A DNA stretch of 64,000 nt from Candidatus Bathyarchaeia archaeon (GCA_049521795.1 JBEKOM010000004.1:59078-123077); one strand, 5' to 3'. Positions 10,876-21,038 are shown, numbered from the stretch's first letter. Numbers and translations are program-made. The notes: a model not told the origin generated them from the letters alone.

Positions 10876-12720
10876 ATGAGTATTGCAAAGCCTCTTCTCG
10901 ATTATGCTAAGTCTCTTAAACCGCAGAAGGGTTTCGCGCAGTCCTTTTCGGATTTCAAAAGACTCTTGCATTATCACAGGAGATACCCTTGGCACGTCTC
11001 GGCTATAGTTGTTCTTGCATTGATAAGGTCCATTTTGTTCTCGCTCGAACCATTGTATACCTCCTACATTATCATCTACGTCATAGGACCCCCGACTGAC
11101 ACTAGTCTGTTGATGACCTATCTACTCATTATCGTACTGGCCGGAATAGGCTACGCCATAACAAACTTCATTCTGACTTACGTGCACGGGATAATGTCCC
11201 AGTATATAGTGCGAGACATAAGGTCCGAGTATTACCGTTCGCTTCAGAGCAAATCCTTCAGTTTTTACGATTCTGTAGGCGTTGGAGATCTAACGTCAAG
11301 AGCCACAGTGGACCTTCAATTAGTCGACATGTTTCTGAGAACATGGCTGGGTACCGTTCTTAACGCCATCTTCACAACAATCATCATCGTTGTGATAACT
11401 CTCTCAATAAGCCCGACTATGACCCTGATCTCCATGGCCACGATGCCGCTCATCTTCTATTTCACAACGCGCCTATGGATAGACACGATGCCCCTCTTCA
11501 GAAACATGCAGCTAATCATAGGAAGATTGACTTCATACATACAGCAAAACATCGTCGGAATGAAAACAGTCAGGATATTCCGCCGAGAAAAAGATGTTGT
11601 CGATGGATTCAAAGACGTGGAAGACATATACGTGAACACTGCAATCACCGCGGGCAAAATACAATCAATCTACATGCCACTCGGTCCAGCGATACTCACG
11701 CTTGGAGCAGCACTGGTCTACGTTTACGCAGGAATTACGCTGGGTGTTCCATACTCAGCCCTGGCGGTTGCTCAAATTGGCTACTTGATTCTCTTTGTCA
11801 GATACATGATGAGACTGACCTTTCCCATAAGGGATGTAAGCCAGACTCTTGGCACGTGGATTGCCGCTTACGCGGGATTGGAAAGAGTGCAAGAAATGAT
11901 AGATGCTCCAAGAGGCGTTGAAGACTTGCCTAACGCCAGAGACATTAGGATAGAAAAAGGAAAACTTGAGCTGGAAAACGTCACGTTTGGGTACGTGAAA
12001 GACAAGCCTGTGCTAAATAACGTCACTTTCACTGTGCAGCCAGGTGAAAAAATAGCGATACTGGGCGCAACAGGGTCCGGAAAGAGTTCTCTGATATACC
12101 TAATCCCAAGGTTTTATGACATCCAGGGGGGAAGCATTAGAATAGATGGCACGGATATCCACGAATTCAAACTGGCTTCGCTCAGACGGCAGATAGGCGT
12201 AGTGCTGCAAGATGTTTTCCTGTTTTCTGGAACGATGAAGGAGAACATTGCCTTCGGTAAGCCTGACGCCTCGATGGATGAAATAGTCCAAGCTGCTAAA
12301 TCAGCCAAAATACACGATTTCATTGAATCCCTTCCATCTGGTTACGACACACCTGTTGGGGAAAGGGGGATCACGCTTTCGGGAGGCCAGAAGCAGAGAA
12401 TAACCATAGCGAGAGCGCTCGTGGGCAACCCGAGGATGCTGATAATGGACGATTCGCTCTCCTTTGTGGACGCAAAGACGGAGCAAGAAATTCAATCCGC
12501 AATAGAAGAAGCAACAAAGACAAGGACAACCCTCATAATCGCGCAGAGATTCTCAACGATAAAGACGGCTAAAAAGATACTTGTCCTTGAGAATGGTTCA
12601 GTAGCGGAATTTGGCACCCACGAGGAGCTCATGGCAAGAGATGGCGTCTACAAGAAGGTCTATGAAACCCAGTTTGTCCAAAAAGCTTCACCTATCCTAC
12701 GGGAAGGAGGTGGTTCCTAG
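10876..12720 (+). CDS. ABC exporter, fused TMD-NBD half-transporter
   Basis: Six TM helices, then Walker A GATGSGKSS, signature LSGGQKQR and Walker B LIMDDS. Confidence 0.9.
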   Translation: MSIAKPLLDYAKSLKPQKGFAQSFSDFKRLLHYHRRYPWHVSAIVVLALIRSILFSLEPLYTSYIIIYVIGPPTDTSLLMTYLLIIVLAGIGYAITNFILTYVHGIMSQYIVRDIRSEYYRSLQSKSFSFYDSVGVGDLTSRATVDLQLVDMFLRTWLGTVLNAIFTTIIIVVITLSISPTMTLISMATMPLIFYFTTRLWIDTMPLFRNMQLIIGRLTSYIQQNIVGMKTVRIFRREKDVVDGFKDVEDIYVNTAITAGKIQSIYMPLGPAILTLGAALVYVYAGITLGVPYSALAVAQIGYLILFVRYMMRLTFPIRDVSQTLGTWIAAYAGLERVQEMIDAPRGVEDLPNARDIRIEKGKLELENVTFGYVKDKPVLNNVTFTVQPGEKIAILGATGSGKSSLIYLIPRFYDIQGGSIRIDGTDIHEFKLASLRRQIGVVLQDVFLFSGTMKENIAFGKPDASMDEIVQAAKSAKIHDFIESLPSGYDTPVGERGITLSGGQKQRITIARALVGNPRMLIMDDSLSFVDAKTEQEIQSAIEEATKTRTTLIIAQRFSTIKTAKKILVLENGSVAEFGTHEELMARDGVYKKVYETQFVQKASPILREGGGS

Positions 12721-13781
12721 TGTCAGGTTCGTATGGAACTTTCTCGACGAAAGAGGAAGAGAGAAGAAAAAGAACCGTCCCTGACCGGGTGCTGATCAGA
12801 AGGGTCTACGAGTACGCTCAAGCCCACAAACGAAACCTGCAAATCGGCGTTACCGCCACGATAGCCGGCGCCTTCACCGGCCTAGCTGCCCCCTACATGC
12901 ACGCGATAGCTATCGACAGCATAATAACGCCGAAAAACCTTTCGAGCTTCATATGGTGGATCCCCCTGTTCGCCGCCATCATTCTAGGCAACTATCTCTT
13001 CCAGTACATCCAAACCTATCAAATGCGCATAGTGGGAGAAAAAGTGGTTGCAAAGATGCGGGACGACATGATGGAAAAACTGCAGGTCATCTCTCTCAAG
13101 TATTTTTCAGAAGGCGAAGCTGGGAGAATCATTTCCCGCCCGACCAACGACGCCAACACCGTCAGAATATTCATCAGAGTTGGACTGACGAGCATTCTGG
13201 TAGACATCTCCTCGATACTAGGCGCCTTCGCAATCATGTTCTTTCTTGACCTTCGACTGTCACTTCTGGCCATCTCGGTTCTGCCCGTGGCCATAGTGCT
13301 AGTCTGGTACCTCGGAAAATACTCAAGAGCTGCTTACAGGAGAACGCTAATCACGACTTCAGGGTTGACGGCAAGGTTACAGGAAGACTTGGCAGGCATG
13401 AAAGTCACCCAAGCTTACGCGCAGGAGAAAGAGACAGAAAAGAAGTTCCTAAAGAGTCAAGACGAAAACGTCAAGGCTACGATCAGAGCCATCCTCATAG
13501 GCTCGTCTTACACGCCGTTTGTGATAGCACTGAGGCTGATCGGAACCATGATAATCCTGTTCTTCGGCGTCTACGCCTTGTTGGCCGGAACGATCACGTT
13601 AGGAATTCTCGTAGCCTTTATCGAGTACCAGTTCTCATACTTCATGCCACTGGTTGACCTTGTGACCATGTACGACCAGTACCAGTCGACGATGTCTGCG
13701 ATTGAAAGAATGTTCGATGTGATAGACACGAAAGTCGAAGTCGTCGACGCACCGCCTGAAAGGAGTATCGCGCTCCAATGA
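12720..13781 (+). CDS. ABC exporter transmembrane domain only (partner subunit, N-terminal part)
   Basis: 353 aa with type-I exporter TMD topology. It ends at ...DAPPERSIALQ, exactly where the NBD linker normally continues. Confidence 0.8.
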   Translation: MSGSYGTFSTKEEERRKRTVPDRVLIRRVYEYAQAHKRNLQIGVTATIAGAFTGLAAPYMHAIAIDSIITPKNLSSFIWWIPLFAAIILGNYLFQYIQTYQMRIVGEKVVAKMRDDMMEKLQVISLKYFSEGEAGRIISRPTNDANTVRIFIRVGLTSILVDISSILGAFAIMFFLDLRLSLLAISVLPVAIVLVWYLGKYSRAAYRRTLITTSGLTARLQEDLAGMKVTQAYAQEKETEKKFLKSQDENVKATIRAILIGSSYTPFVIALRLIGTMIILFFGVYALLAGTITLGILVAFIEYQFSYFMPLVDLVTMYDQYQSTMSAIERMFDVIDTKVEVVDAPPERSIALQ

Positions 13782-14533
13782 TAGAAGAAGTGAGATTCGA
13801 AAACGTCAATTTCGCGTACGACGTCGATGTCCCAGTTTTGAAGAACATCAACTTCACTCTGAAACGCAACATGAAACTCGCGATCGTCGGCCAGACAGGC
13901 GCGGGAAAAAGCACGATAATCAACCTGCTCGCAAGATTCTACGACCCAGGCGAAGGCAGAATCCTCATCAATGGACATGACATAAGAGACATCCCTCTTG
14001 CTTCCTTAAGAGGCCGCATAAGCATAGTGCTGCAGGATTCGTTTCTTTTTTCACTTTCCATAAAGGAAAACATAAGGTTCGGGAAACTTGAAGCGTCAGA
14101 CCAAGAAGTCGTGGACGCAGCAAAATCCATCGGTGCCCACGATTTCATAATGAAACTTCCCAACGACTACGACTACGTCATACAGGAAGGGTCTTCAAAC
14201 ATATCTATAGGTCAAAGACAACTCATAAGCTTCGCCAGAACACTACTCGCAAATCCCGAAATCTTGGTGCTGGACGAGGCAACATCCTCAGTTGACGCCT
14301 ACACCGAACTGGTGATCCAAAGAGCCCTAAAGAGACTGATGCAAAACAGAATGACGATAATAATCGCACATCGACTCTCAACGATCAGACTGTGCGACGA
14401 AATCCTAACGATCGATCACGGCGAAATCGTGGAAAGAGGCACGCATGAACAGCTCATGCGCCAGAAAGGATTGTACAGCTCATTCTACAGACTGCAATTC
14501 AGAGAAGAAACAGGAACAGACACATCACAATAG
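13778..14533 (+). CDS. ABC exporter nucleotide-binding domain only (partner subunit, C-terminal part)
   Basis: Starts MIEEVRFENVNFAY. Contains Walker A GQTGAGKST, signature-like ISIGQRQL and Walker B LVLDEATS. It has an ATGA overlap with the preceding ORF and lies in a different frame. Confidence 0.85.
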   Translation: MIEEVRFENVNFAYDVDVPVLKNINFTLKRNMKLAIVGQTGAGKSTIINLLARFYDPGEGRILINGHDIRDIPLASLRGRISIVLQDSFLFSLSIKENIRFGKLEASDQEVVDAAKSIGAHDFIMKLPNDYDYVIQEGSSNISIGQRQLISFARTLLANPEILVLDEATSSVDAYTELVIQRALKRLMQNRMTIIIAHRLSTIRLCDEILTIDHGEIVERGTHEQLMRQKGLYSSFYRLQFREETGTDTSQ

Positions 14534-14675
14534 TCGATGCGAACAGTCGAAGAGATAAGCCTGAGGCCGTGACAAATCAGATACCGCTAAGTTGAGTCAT
14601 CCCAAAAACCCAGATTCATCAAAAACTACTTTTGTACGAATTTAGCAACAGCCTAGCGCGCTGCCTGGCGTCAGA

Positions 14676-14894
14676 CTATAAGCTTGGATTCGATTTAACC
14701 TTGAACTTAGAACGTTTGCCGCAATGTGGACAATGGATGTAGCGGACACCAAAAAAACCAAACGCTCGTGTCGCGAGCTTGTGTCCATCATAGGTTACAG
14801 TAGAATAGTAGAGTCCACCTGGACGAACGTGCGGCAATTCTTCGAAATCAAACTCTCCGCCACATTTTGGGCACTTTAAATGTGTGGTTAACAA
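14676..14894 (-). CDS. zinc-ribbon protein
   Basis: 72 aa with CPKCGG ... CPHCGK. Confidence 0.5.
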   Translation of the reverse strand: MLTTHLKCPKCGGEFDFEELPHVRPGGLYYSTVTYDGHKLATRAFGFFGVRYIHCPHCGKRSKFKVKSNPSL

Positions 14895-14918
14895 CTAATG
14901 AACAAACTCCAATAGCTG

Positions 14919-15215
14919 TCATCTCTGAGACGGCGGAAACAAGAATTTACGTTTAGTAAAAAACAGCACTGTGAATGCAATAAAGCATAGTGTACCAAAA
15001 AAAAGTTCTATAATTCCATCAGTTATTTCTTGTGCTGCCGTTGTTTCGCTGAAGTGAACAAAAGGACTACTATAATCGATCACTATACCATTCAGCCCAT
15101 CTGAAAGTCTCCAAGAGCCTATAATCAACAAAGTCATTCCCCCGAGAATTAATAAAACTGCTACCACAGGTCCCCATGAAGACGGATATCTGCGGTAATT
15201 GGGGTTAGTTGACAC
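14919..15215 (-). CDS. small membrane protein
   Basis: 98 aa with two long hydrophobic helices. Confidence 0.45.
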   Translation of the reverse strand: MSTNPNYRRYPSSWGPVVAVLLILGGMTLLIIGSWRLSDGLNGIVIDYSSPFVHFSETTAAQEITDGIIELFFGTLCFIAFTVLFFTKRKFLFPPSQR

Positions 15216-15400
15216 AATAATCTGTAAGGCGATTTTTAATCATAAACCTTTGAGCTCACACGCACCTCGGACAACGCCGTCTGAGCCCTCTAGTTCATGC
15301 GAGCAAATTAAGTAGCCTAACTTAGCAGTGCCCGACAAATCGTAACGCATTTCAATTTGGGATATGAGGCAGAGCCCTTCCGCTTTTTCAAAGATCTATT

Positions 15401-15841
15401 TTAACCTTCTTCGGGAAGATAGCGAGGCGTCCACAAATATGCTAGAATGTCTCGTATCTCCTTATCCATGTAGTTTTCAAGGTTTCGGGCAACATCGTTG
15501 GCTGTCAAGACGCCGTGGAGGGCTCCTTCTTTAACCACTGCTAGTCTCCGGATCTTGTGTTTTTTCATTATCTTAGCTGCTTCTGTCAGGTCCGCGTTTG
15601 GATCGATGGTTACCAGGGGCGTCGACATTACTTCGGCGACTCTTACACTTTTCGGGTCAAGCCCTTTTGCAGCAACTTTCCAGGTCACATCGCGTTCAGT
15701 TACTATGCCAAACGGTTTGCCTTGCCGCAAGACAATAGCGCATCCCTCTTCTTTTTTGTACATGCTTAGAGAGGCTTCAGCTACAGACACGCCTTCTTCA
15801 ACGGTGACTATGTTTGTTCTCATAGCTTCGGCCGCCCTCAA
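15401..15841 (-). CDS. CBS-domain pair protein
   Basis: Two CBS repeats (GIVTERDV..., HGVLTANDVARN). Confidence 0.85.
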   Translation of the reverse strand: MRAAEAMRTNIVTVEEGVSVAEASLSMYKKEEGCAIVLRQGKPFGIVTERDVTWKVAAKGLDPKSVRVAEVMSTPLVTIDPNADLTEAAKIMKKHKIRRLAVVKEGALHGVLTANDVARNLENYMDKEIRDILAYLWTPRYLPEEG

Positions 15842-15947
15842 AAACTTCCCCTTCTTGCTGTTCAGAACAATTCGAATACATTCTTGTGAATCCTAATAAT
15901 TAAACAATACTATGGCCAGCGCGCACGCTCCACTCTTGGTTTTTGCT

Positions 15948-16196
15948 TTATTCTCTCACTGGGGGCGGAATGGCTATCAAGGACTGTGTTCGGATTACGC
16001 CTTTCAATCGCTGGATTTTCTCTATTATTTTTCCCAGGTCATCCATCTTGGGAAAATCCACTAAGGCTATTGCGTCGAATTGTCCTGTCACTGCATCCGC
16101 AGTCTTGACACCTTCAATTCTAAGCGCTGCTTCCGCAACACTCCACAGCTCACTGGCTTCCGTGCTCATGAGAATGTAGGCCTTCAAGACATTCAC
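15948..16196 (-). CDS. stand-alone Lrp/AsnC-type ligand-binding (RAM) domain protein
   Basis: 82 aa. AYILMSTE...V......I.GV..A..VTGQFDAIALV...D...L..I...I..L.GV..T. No HTH domain. Confidence 0.6.
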   Translation of the reverse strand: MNVLKAYILMSTEASELWSVAEAALRIEGVKTADAVTGQFDAIALVDFPKMDDLGKIIEKIQRLKGVIRTQSLIAIPPPVRE

Positions 16197-16303
16197 CTCA
16201 ACGTGATCAACTTGGAAAGTCTTGGAATAAAAAGCTTAAGATGCTCCTCGAACAGCAATTACAGTCAGTTGCCAAAGCTTGCACGAGCGGTTCCCTCCCA
16301 ATA

Positions 16304-17053
16304 TCAGCATCGATCTTTTCTTTCTTCCGCTCGAACGATTGCTGGAACCTCACGTAAGGACTTAATAACATAGTCCGCCTGGAAGCCTCTCCCTTCTCCG
16401 GGAGCTCGCTGGTTTTTATTCAGAATCTCCGGTAGGCTCCTGAAGAGATCGTTGGAGTCTGACTTCTCAAGGTCTCTTGTGACCATTATCGCTACGCCAT
16501 TTGCACCTTTGGCAGCTAATACATCAAGCATCAAGTCGCCCACAAGAAAGAAACGTGTAGCACCGAGTTTTCTTGCGGCCAGCAGAACGCCTTCAGGATC
16601 AGGCTTCAACCTCGTAACATCTTCCCTTGTTACCACAACATCGAAATACTCTTTCAAACCATGAATTTCAAAGACAACATCCGCCGCTCGTCTCGAAGTG
16701 TTAGTGACCAGCCCTATTTTCGCCCCGAGTTCTCGAAGTGTTTGCAATGTGGAAATAGTCTCGGGAAAAAGCCTTGACTTCCTTGCTGAATCCAGTTCGT
16801 AATGGTTGAGAAATGTCTCCATTTCTCGCCGGTATACTCTAGCCCTTTCTTCACCAAGATGCCGTTGAACGTATTCCGATGCAATGTTACGCATTATGGT
16901 GGCGCGTTTTATTCCTTCAAGTACGGTTTTTGGAATTCCAAGATCAATGAGCTTCCGTCTCGTATCACGCCTGAATTCTAGTACGTGCTGGCGAACTGAC
17001 CATGGAGTCTTAACCAGCGTGTCCTCCAGATCAAACAGTACCGCGACATTCAT
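16304..17053 (-). CDS. HAD-superfamily hydrolase
   Basis: Motif I FDLEDTLV, motif II VTNTS, and a late GD..LD motif. Confidence 0.8.
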   Translation of the reverse strand: MNVAVLFDLEDTLVKTPWSVRQHVLEFRRDTRRKLIDLGIPKTVLEGIKRATIMRNIASEYVQRHLGEERARVYRREMETFLNHYELDSARKSRLFPETISTLQTLRELGAKIGLVTNTSRRAADVVFEIHGLKEYFDVVVTREDVTRLKPDPEGVLLAARKLGATRFFLVGDLMLDVLAAKGANGVAIMVTRDLEKSDSNDLFRSLPEILNKNQRAPGEGRGFQADYVIKSLREVPAIVRAEERKDRC

Positions 17054-17256
17054 GCTGTTTACACTAGTCCTGACATTCAGTTCATCCTCTTGCTTCTGCC
17101 ATGGCTGCTATTAAGCTCCTGCCTTTTCACGTTTTCACGTTTTCGCTCGTAGCATTTGCTCATCAACTGGTCCAGCGGAGGGTTCAGGCTGAAAATCTCC
17201 GATGACACTTGTTGGGCGCATGAAACAGATTTAAGGTCAGAACGTCAGTTTGTTTT

Positions 17257-17949
17257 ATGCGCAGAGGCGCCTACTACGGAGACAAGCTTTCTGCGAGCAA
17301 ATTGCTCAAATGTTACGAAGCGGCTACTCCCAGGATCAAGCAGTATCTTGAGGCGGAAATACAATTCGTCATTTCCAATATTCGTGATGCAAAATTGGTT
17401 CTCGAACTTGGATGCGGTTATGGAAGAGTCATGAGAGCCGTGTCTCCCTTCGTTTCCATGATGGTTGGCGTTGACATTTCGCGGGCAAGTCTGGAGCTTG
17501 CGAACACGTATATGAAACCTTGCGGAAACCATAGAATAGTTCAGATGGATGCATCTGACATGGCTTTCTCCCCCTGCATCTTCGACGCTGTATTCTGTAT
17601 CCAGAACGGGATTTCTGCGTTTGGAGTGAACAGAAAGCGGCTCATCGCAGAATGCATAAGGGCAACGAAAGACGATGGGCTAATCCTGTTTTCCAGCTAC
17701 TCGCCCAAGATATGGCAGGAGCGTCTCGACTGGTTTAGAAAACAGTCGCAGCTAGGTCTTCTTGGGGAAATTGATGAAGAGGCGACGCGCTGGGGAACCA
17801 TAGTGTGCAAAGATGGGTTCACAGCCACCACAGTCAGCGGAGACCAATTCATTGAGCTTTTCAGCGAGTTTGGAGTGAAGGCCTCCATCATTGAAGTAGA
17901 CGAATCCAGCATTTTCTGCAAAGTTATCAAAAGGAAAACCGACGTCTGA
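17257..17949 (+). CDS. SAM-dependent methyltransferase
   Basis: Motif I VLELGCGYGR and motif post-I VGVDIS. Confidence 0.8.
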   Translation: MRRGAYYGDKLSASKLLKCYEAATPRIKQYLEAEIQFVISNIRDAKLVLELGCGYGRVMRAVSPFVSMMVGVDISRASLELANTYMKPCGNHRIVQMDASDMAFSPCIFDAVFCIQNGISAFGVNRKRLIAECIRATKDDGLILFSSYSPKIWQERLDWFRKQSQLGLLGEIDEEATRWGTIVCKDGFTATTVSGDQFIELFSEFGVKASIIEVDESSIFCKVIKRKTDV

Positions 17950-18288
17950 GCGGGAGGAAGGGTTTGGTGCCGCGCCACACGTTACATTACTGAAGTCCTG
18001 CTACAAACAGGCCCGTCTTTACTGCTTATTTGCATCGTGGGTGGACTGCTACTTCTTTTTATTTTCGGGTATGAACGATTGGAAAGCAAAGCGTAGAGCA
18101 CGCTAGCTCATTTGGAAGAGCGAGCTGTGCTTTGTCTTCAGCTTTTCCTAATCTTCTTTGAAGGGGCTTTCGAATACGACGCTTCTGACCTTGCAGTTCT
18201 GGCCTCAGTCATTGTTTGACGGAGTCAGCTTCCTTTCGATGTATCACATGCTTTCAGGCACAAAGTCTTAAAGATTGGAAGCGGTTTA

Positions 18289-20757
18289 ATGCGGGGCATG
18301 GAAGGCTCGAAGGGAGAGTCAAAGGGACTTTCTGAGGCGGAAGCTGAAAGAAGGCTCGAACAGGTTGGGCCGAACCAGTTTGTTAAACCCCTGAGGATAA
18401 GTTTCCTCGGCATCGCTAAAGAAGAAGTAGTTGAACCCATGATTCTGCTACTACTTGTCGTAGGTGTGCTCTACACGACCTTCACGTGGCCGAATCTGCA
18501 AGACGCCCTGACGATCTTCAGCATTATCTTCGTGTTGGTTTTTGTGGAAATCTGGAACGAGTATCGCGCCAAGAAGGCCATATCTGCACTCTCTGAGCTT
18601 GCAGCTCCGAGAACGAGGGTTGTGCGGGATGGCAGGATAGTTGAAGTTGAAACTGAGAAAGTGGTTCCCGGCGACCTTTTGGTCTTCACCGATGGCACTC
18701 GAATTGCAGCTGACTGCAAGCTTAACGTGGCATATGACGTTCAAGTCGATGAGTCCGTTTTGACGGGTGAGTCTCTTCCCAGAGAGAAGGGAGTTGGGGA
18801 CGAAGTTTACGCTGGAACATTGGTACTTTCTGGCGAAGGAAAAGGGGAAGCATACGCTACTGGCAAGAACAGTAGATTCGGAAAGATTTCAGCTATGGCG
18901 CAGGCGATTAAGCCTCCGAAAACACCGTTACAATTGGCAATGAAGTCGCTTTCGAAGACGCTTGCGTACGTTGCCATATTCTTCAGTGTGATCATCCCTG
19001 TTCTCGGCGTCGTCCGCTTTGGCTACCAAGACCTGGCTAAGGACAAGGATTTAATCTTAACCGGACTGGCACTTGCCTTTGCAGCCATCCCAGAGGAACT
19101 GCCAATCATAATCACCATGATATTGGGATTGGGCGCCTACAGACTCTCACAGAAAGGTTTTCTAGTCAAGAAACTCAAAGCTGCCGAGACTCTGGGCGAC
19201 GCAACCGTCATCCTTACTGATAAAACAGGCACGATCACTGAGAACAAGATGCGAGTTGCTCAGGTCTATCCTCGACAACAAGAAGCGAAAACGCTTGGTG
19301 CGGCAACCGCGGCGTTGACCGAAATGTCACTGTCCCCCACCGACAAGGCGGTCCTTGAGAAAGCAGGCGAACTCGGAATCGCACGGAGTTTCGGAAGCGT
19401 TATTCGCGAACGCGGTTTTGAAATCAACAAACGAACCAAAGCTGTCCTTCGCGCGAGAAACGGTGGTCTCATGCTTTCAACGATCGGAGCACCGGAGGAA
19501 ATTCTTGACTCTGGAGACAGTGATGGACCACTTGACGAAGAACTGAAAGAGGAAGCAGCGAAGGGAAGAAGAGTAATCGGCGTTGCAGAAAAAGCCGTCT
19601 CCACTGAAGAAGCAGACCTGCCATTTTCAGAGTTGGAGGGAAACTGGGACTTCGCCGGTTTGATCTCGATTGAAGACCCTCCTCGTCAAGGCGTGAAAGA
19701 AACCATAGAGGCAATCGACAGAGCGGGAATACGAACGATCATGGTCACTGGCGACTATCCGCAAACAGCCGCCTACATCGCAACGAGCGTCAGCATCCCC
19801 TCAAAAAAAGTGCTCACTGGCGAAGACCTTCAAAGGCTTTCTGACGAGGATCTGCAGAAAGTCGTGAAGGAAACATCCGTTTTCGCAAGAACCACGCCCG
19901 AGGACAAGTATCGACTCGTGAAGGCGCTGCACGCAAACAACGAAGTTGTCGCAGTCACCGGCGACGGTGTCAACGACACATTGGCTCTCAAGGGAGCAGA
20001 CGTCGGCATAGCGATGGGCGTCAAAGGCACAGACGCAGCTAAGGAAGCGGCGGATGTCATTTTGACTGATGATAATTTTGTAAGCATCGGGCACGCGGTT
20101 TTTGAAGGCCGCACTTTCTTTGACAACCTGAGAAAAGGGCTCAAGTACTATCTGGCAATTAAAGCTGCACTGATCTCAATCTTCCTTTTGCCCCTTGCCC
20201 TGGGCATGCCTTTACCGTTTGCCCCAATCCAGATAATCGTCCTCGAACTTTTCATGGACCTCGCGGCCTCTGCCGGATTTGTCACTGAACCCGCTGAAAA
20301 AACGATTTACAGCCGAAAACCAAGAGACGCTAGAGCAAAGTTCCCTGATTCAAGAATGATAAAGGAACTAGCAGTCTCCGCGGCAAGCCTTTTCACGGCT
20401 GTGATGCTTGCATACTTCTATGCGCGTTGGCAGGGTCTTTCAACCCTTGAAGTACAGACTTTCGCCTTCTCAGCCTGGATGCTGGGGCACATAATCCTCG
20501 CCTTTGTCACACGTTCAGAAAACGAACCGCTTTACATTCTAGGCCCCCTGTCAAACAAGGTGATGGACTTGTGGGCAGTTCTCGCTGTGTCATTCCTGCT
20601 CGTGGCAGTCGCCATTCCCTCAGTAGGTGTTCAACTAAGGCTTTCCACACTCTCGGCCGGTCAGCTTGGCATAATTTTCGCCTTCGCATTTCTCACTATC
20701 GTTTGGCAGGAAATTGCAAAGCTTCTGCTGTTCAAACGTAATCCGAAAAAGGAATGA
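18289..20757 (+). CDS. cation-transporting P-type ATPase (type II-like)
   Basis: TGES, IPEELP in TM4, the phosphorylation site DKTGTIT, MVTGD and TGDGVNDTLALK. Confidence 0.92.
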   Translation: MRGMEGSKGESKGLSEAEAERRLEQVGPNQFVKPLRISFLGIAKEEVVEPMILLLLVVGVLYTTFTWPNLQDALTIFSIIFVLVFVEIWNEYRAKKAISALSELAAPRTRVVRDGRIVEVETEKVVPGDLLVFTDGTRIAADCKLNVAYDVQVDESVLTGESLPREKGVGDEVYAGTLVLSGEGKGEAYATGKNSRFGKISAMAQAIKPPKTPLQLAMKSLSKTLAYVAIFFSVIIPVLGVVRFGYQDLAKDKDLILTGLALAFAAIPEELPIIITMILGLGAYRLSQKGFLVKKLKAAETLGDATVILTDKTGTITENKMRVAQVYPRQQEAKTLGAATAALTEMSLSPTDKAVLEKAGELGIARSFGSVIRERGFEINKRTKAVLRARNGGLMLSTIGAPEEILDSGDSDGPLDEELKEEAAKGRRVIGVAEKAVSTEEADLPFSELEGNWDFAGLISIEDPPRQGVKETIEAIDRAGIRTIMVTGDYPQTAAYIATSVSIPSKKVLTGEDLQRLSDEDLQKVVKETSVFARTTPEDKYRLVKALHANNEVVAVTGDGVNDTLALKGADVGIAMGVKGTDAAKEAADVILTDDNFVSIGHAVFEGRTFFDNLRKGLKYYLAIKAALISIFLLPLALGMPLPFAPIQIIVLELFMDLAASAGFVTEPAEKTIYSRKPRDARAKFPDSRMIKELAVSAASLFTAVMLAYFYARWQGLSTLEVQTFAFSAWMLGHIILAFVTRSENEPLYILGPLSNKVMDLWAVLAVSFLLVAVAIPSVGVQLRLSTLSAGQLGIIFAFAFLTIVWQEIAKLLLFKRNPKKE

Positions 20758-20835
20758 GGGCAAAAAAATCACCATCTGCCATAACAAGCTATTTTCTCAA
20801 ACGAGCCAGAAACTTGACCCCACGGTGAAAAATGG

Positions 20836-21038
20836 TGGTGGGGCCGGCCGGATTTGAACCGACGACCTTTACCCGGAGACAGTGCTTTCGGCGCTGCTCC
20901 TACGGGTTTCTCCTGACAGCTCCAGAACCTCTTCATCCCCTTTTGAGGTCCGCAAACCCGTTAGCTACTTTCTGGAGCCCGTCGTCATACCTTAGCCGAT
21001 CGATCAATCGGTCGATCGACTGCCTAGACTACGACCCC
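20836..21038 (-). tRNA. intron-containing tRNA, read as tRNA-Trp (anticodon CCA) with three introns
   Basis: Acceptor GGGGTCG (21038-21032) pairs with CGGCCCC (20846-20840). Discriminator A is followed by an encoded CCA (20838-20836). T arm is GTCGG-TTCAAAT-CCGGC. Anticodon arm is ACGGG-CTCCAG[intron]A-CCCGT, with the anticodon at 20975-20973. The gene is 203 nt, so about 125 nt must be intronic. Confidence 0.7.

Noticed and set aside
18097-18180. tRNA-like fragment: a perfect D arm (TAGCTCATTTGGAAGAGCG) and a TTCGAAT T-loop-like motif
   Set aside because: No acceptor-stem pairing, no T stem and no 7-nt anticodon loop can be formed, even allowing an intron. At most it is a decayed remnant.
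20908-20971. Possible box C/D guide RNA inside the tRNA-Trp intron, as in Haloferax
   Set aside because: Only a degenerate GGAUGAA is present, and there is no CUGA D box at suitable spacing.
20836-21038. Alternative reading of the tRNA as tRNA-Ala (anticodon UGC, using the second ACGGG at 20957-20961 as the anticodon stem)
   Set aside because: The acceptor stem has G3-C70, not the universal Ala G3-U70. The Trp reading gives a proper bulge-helix-bulge with both cuts in register, and A73 fits Trp.
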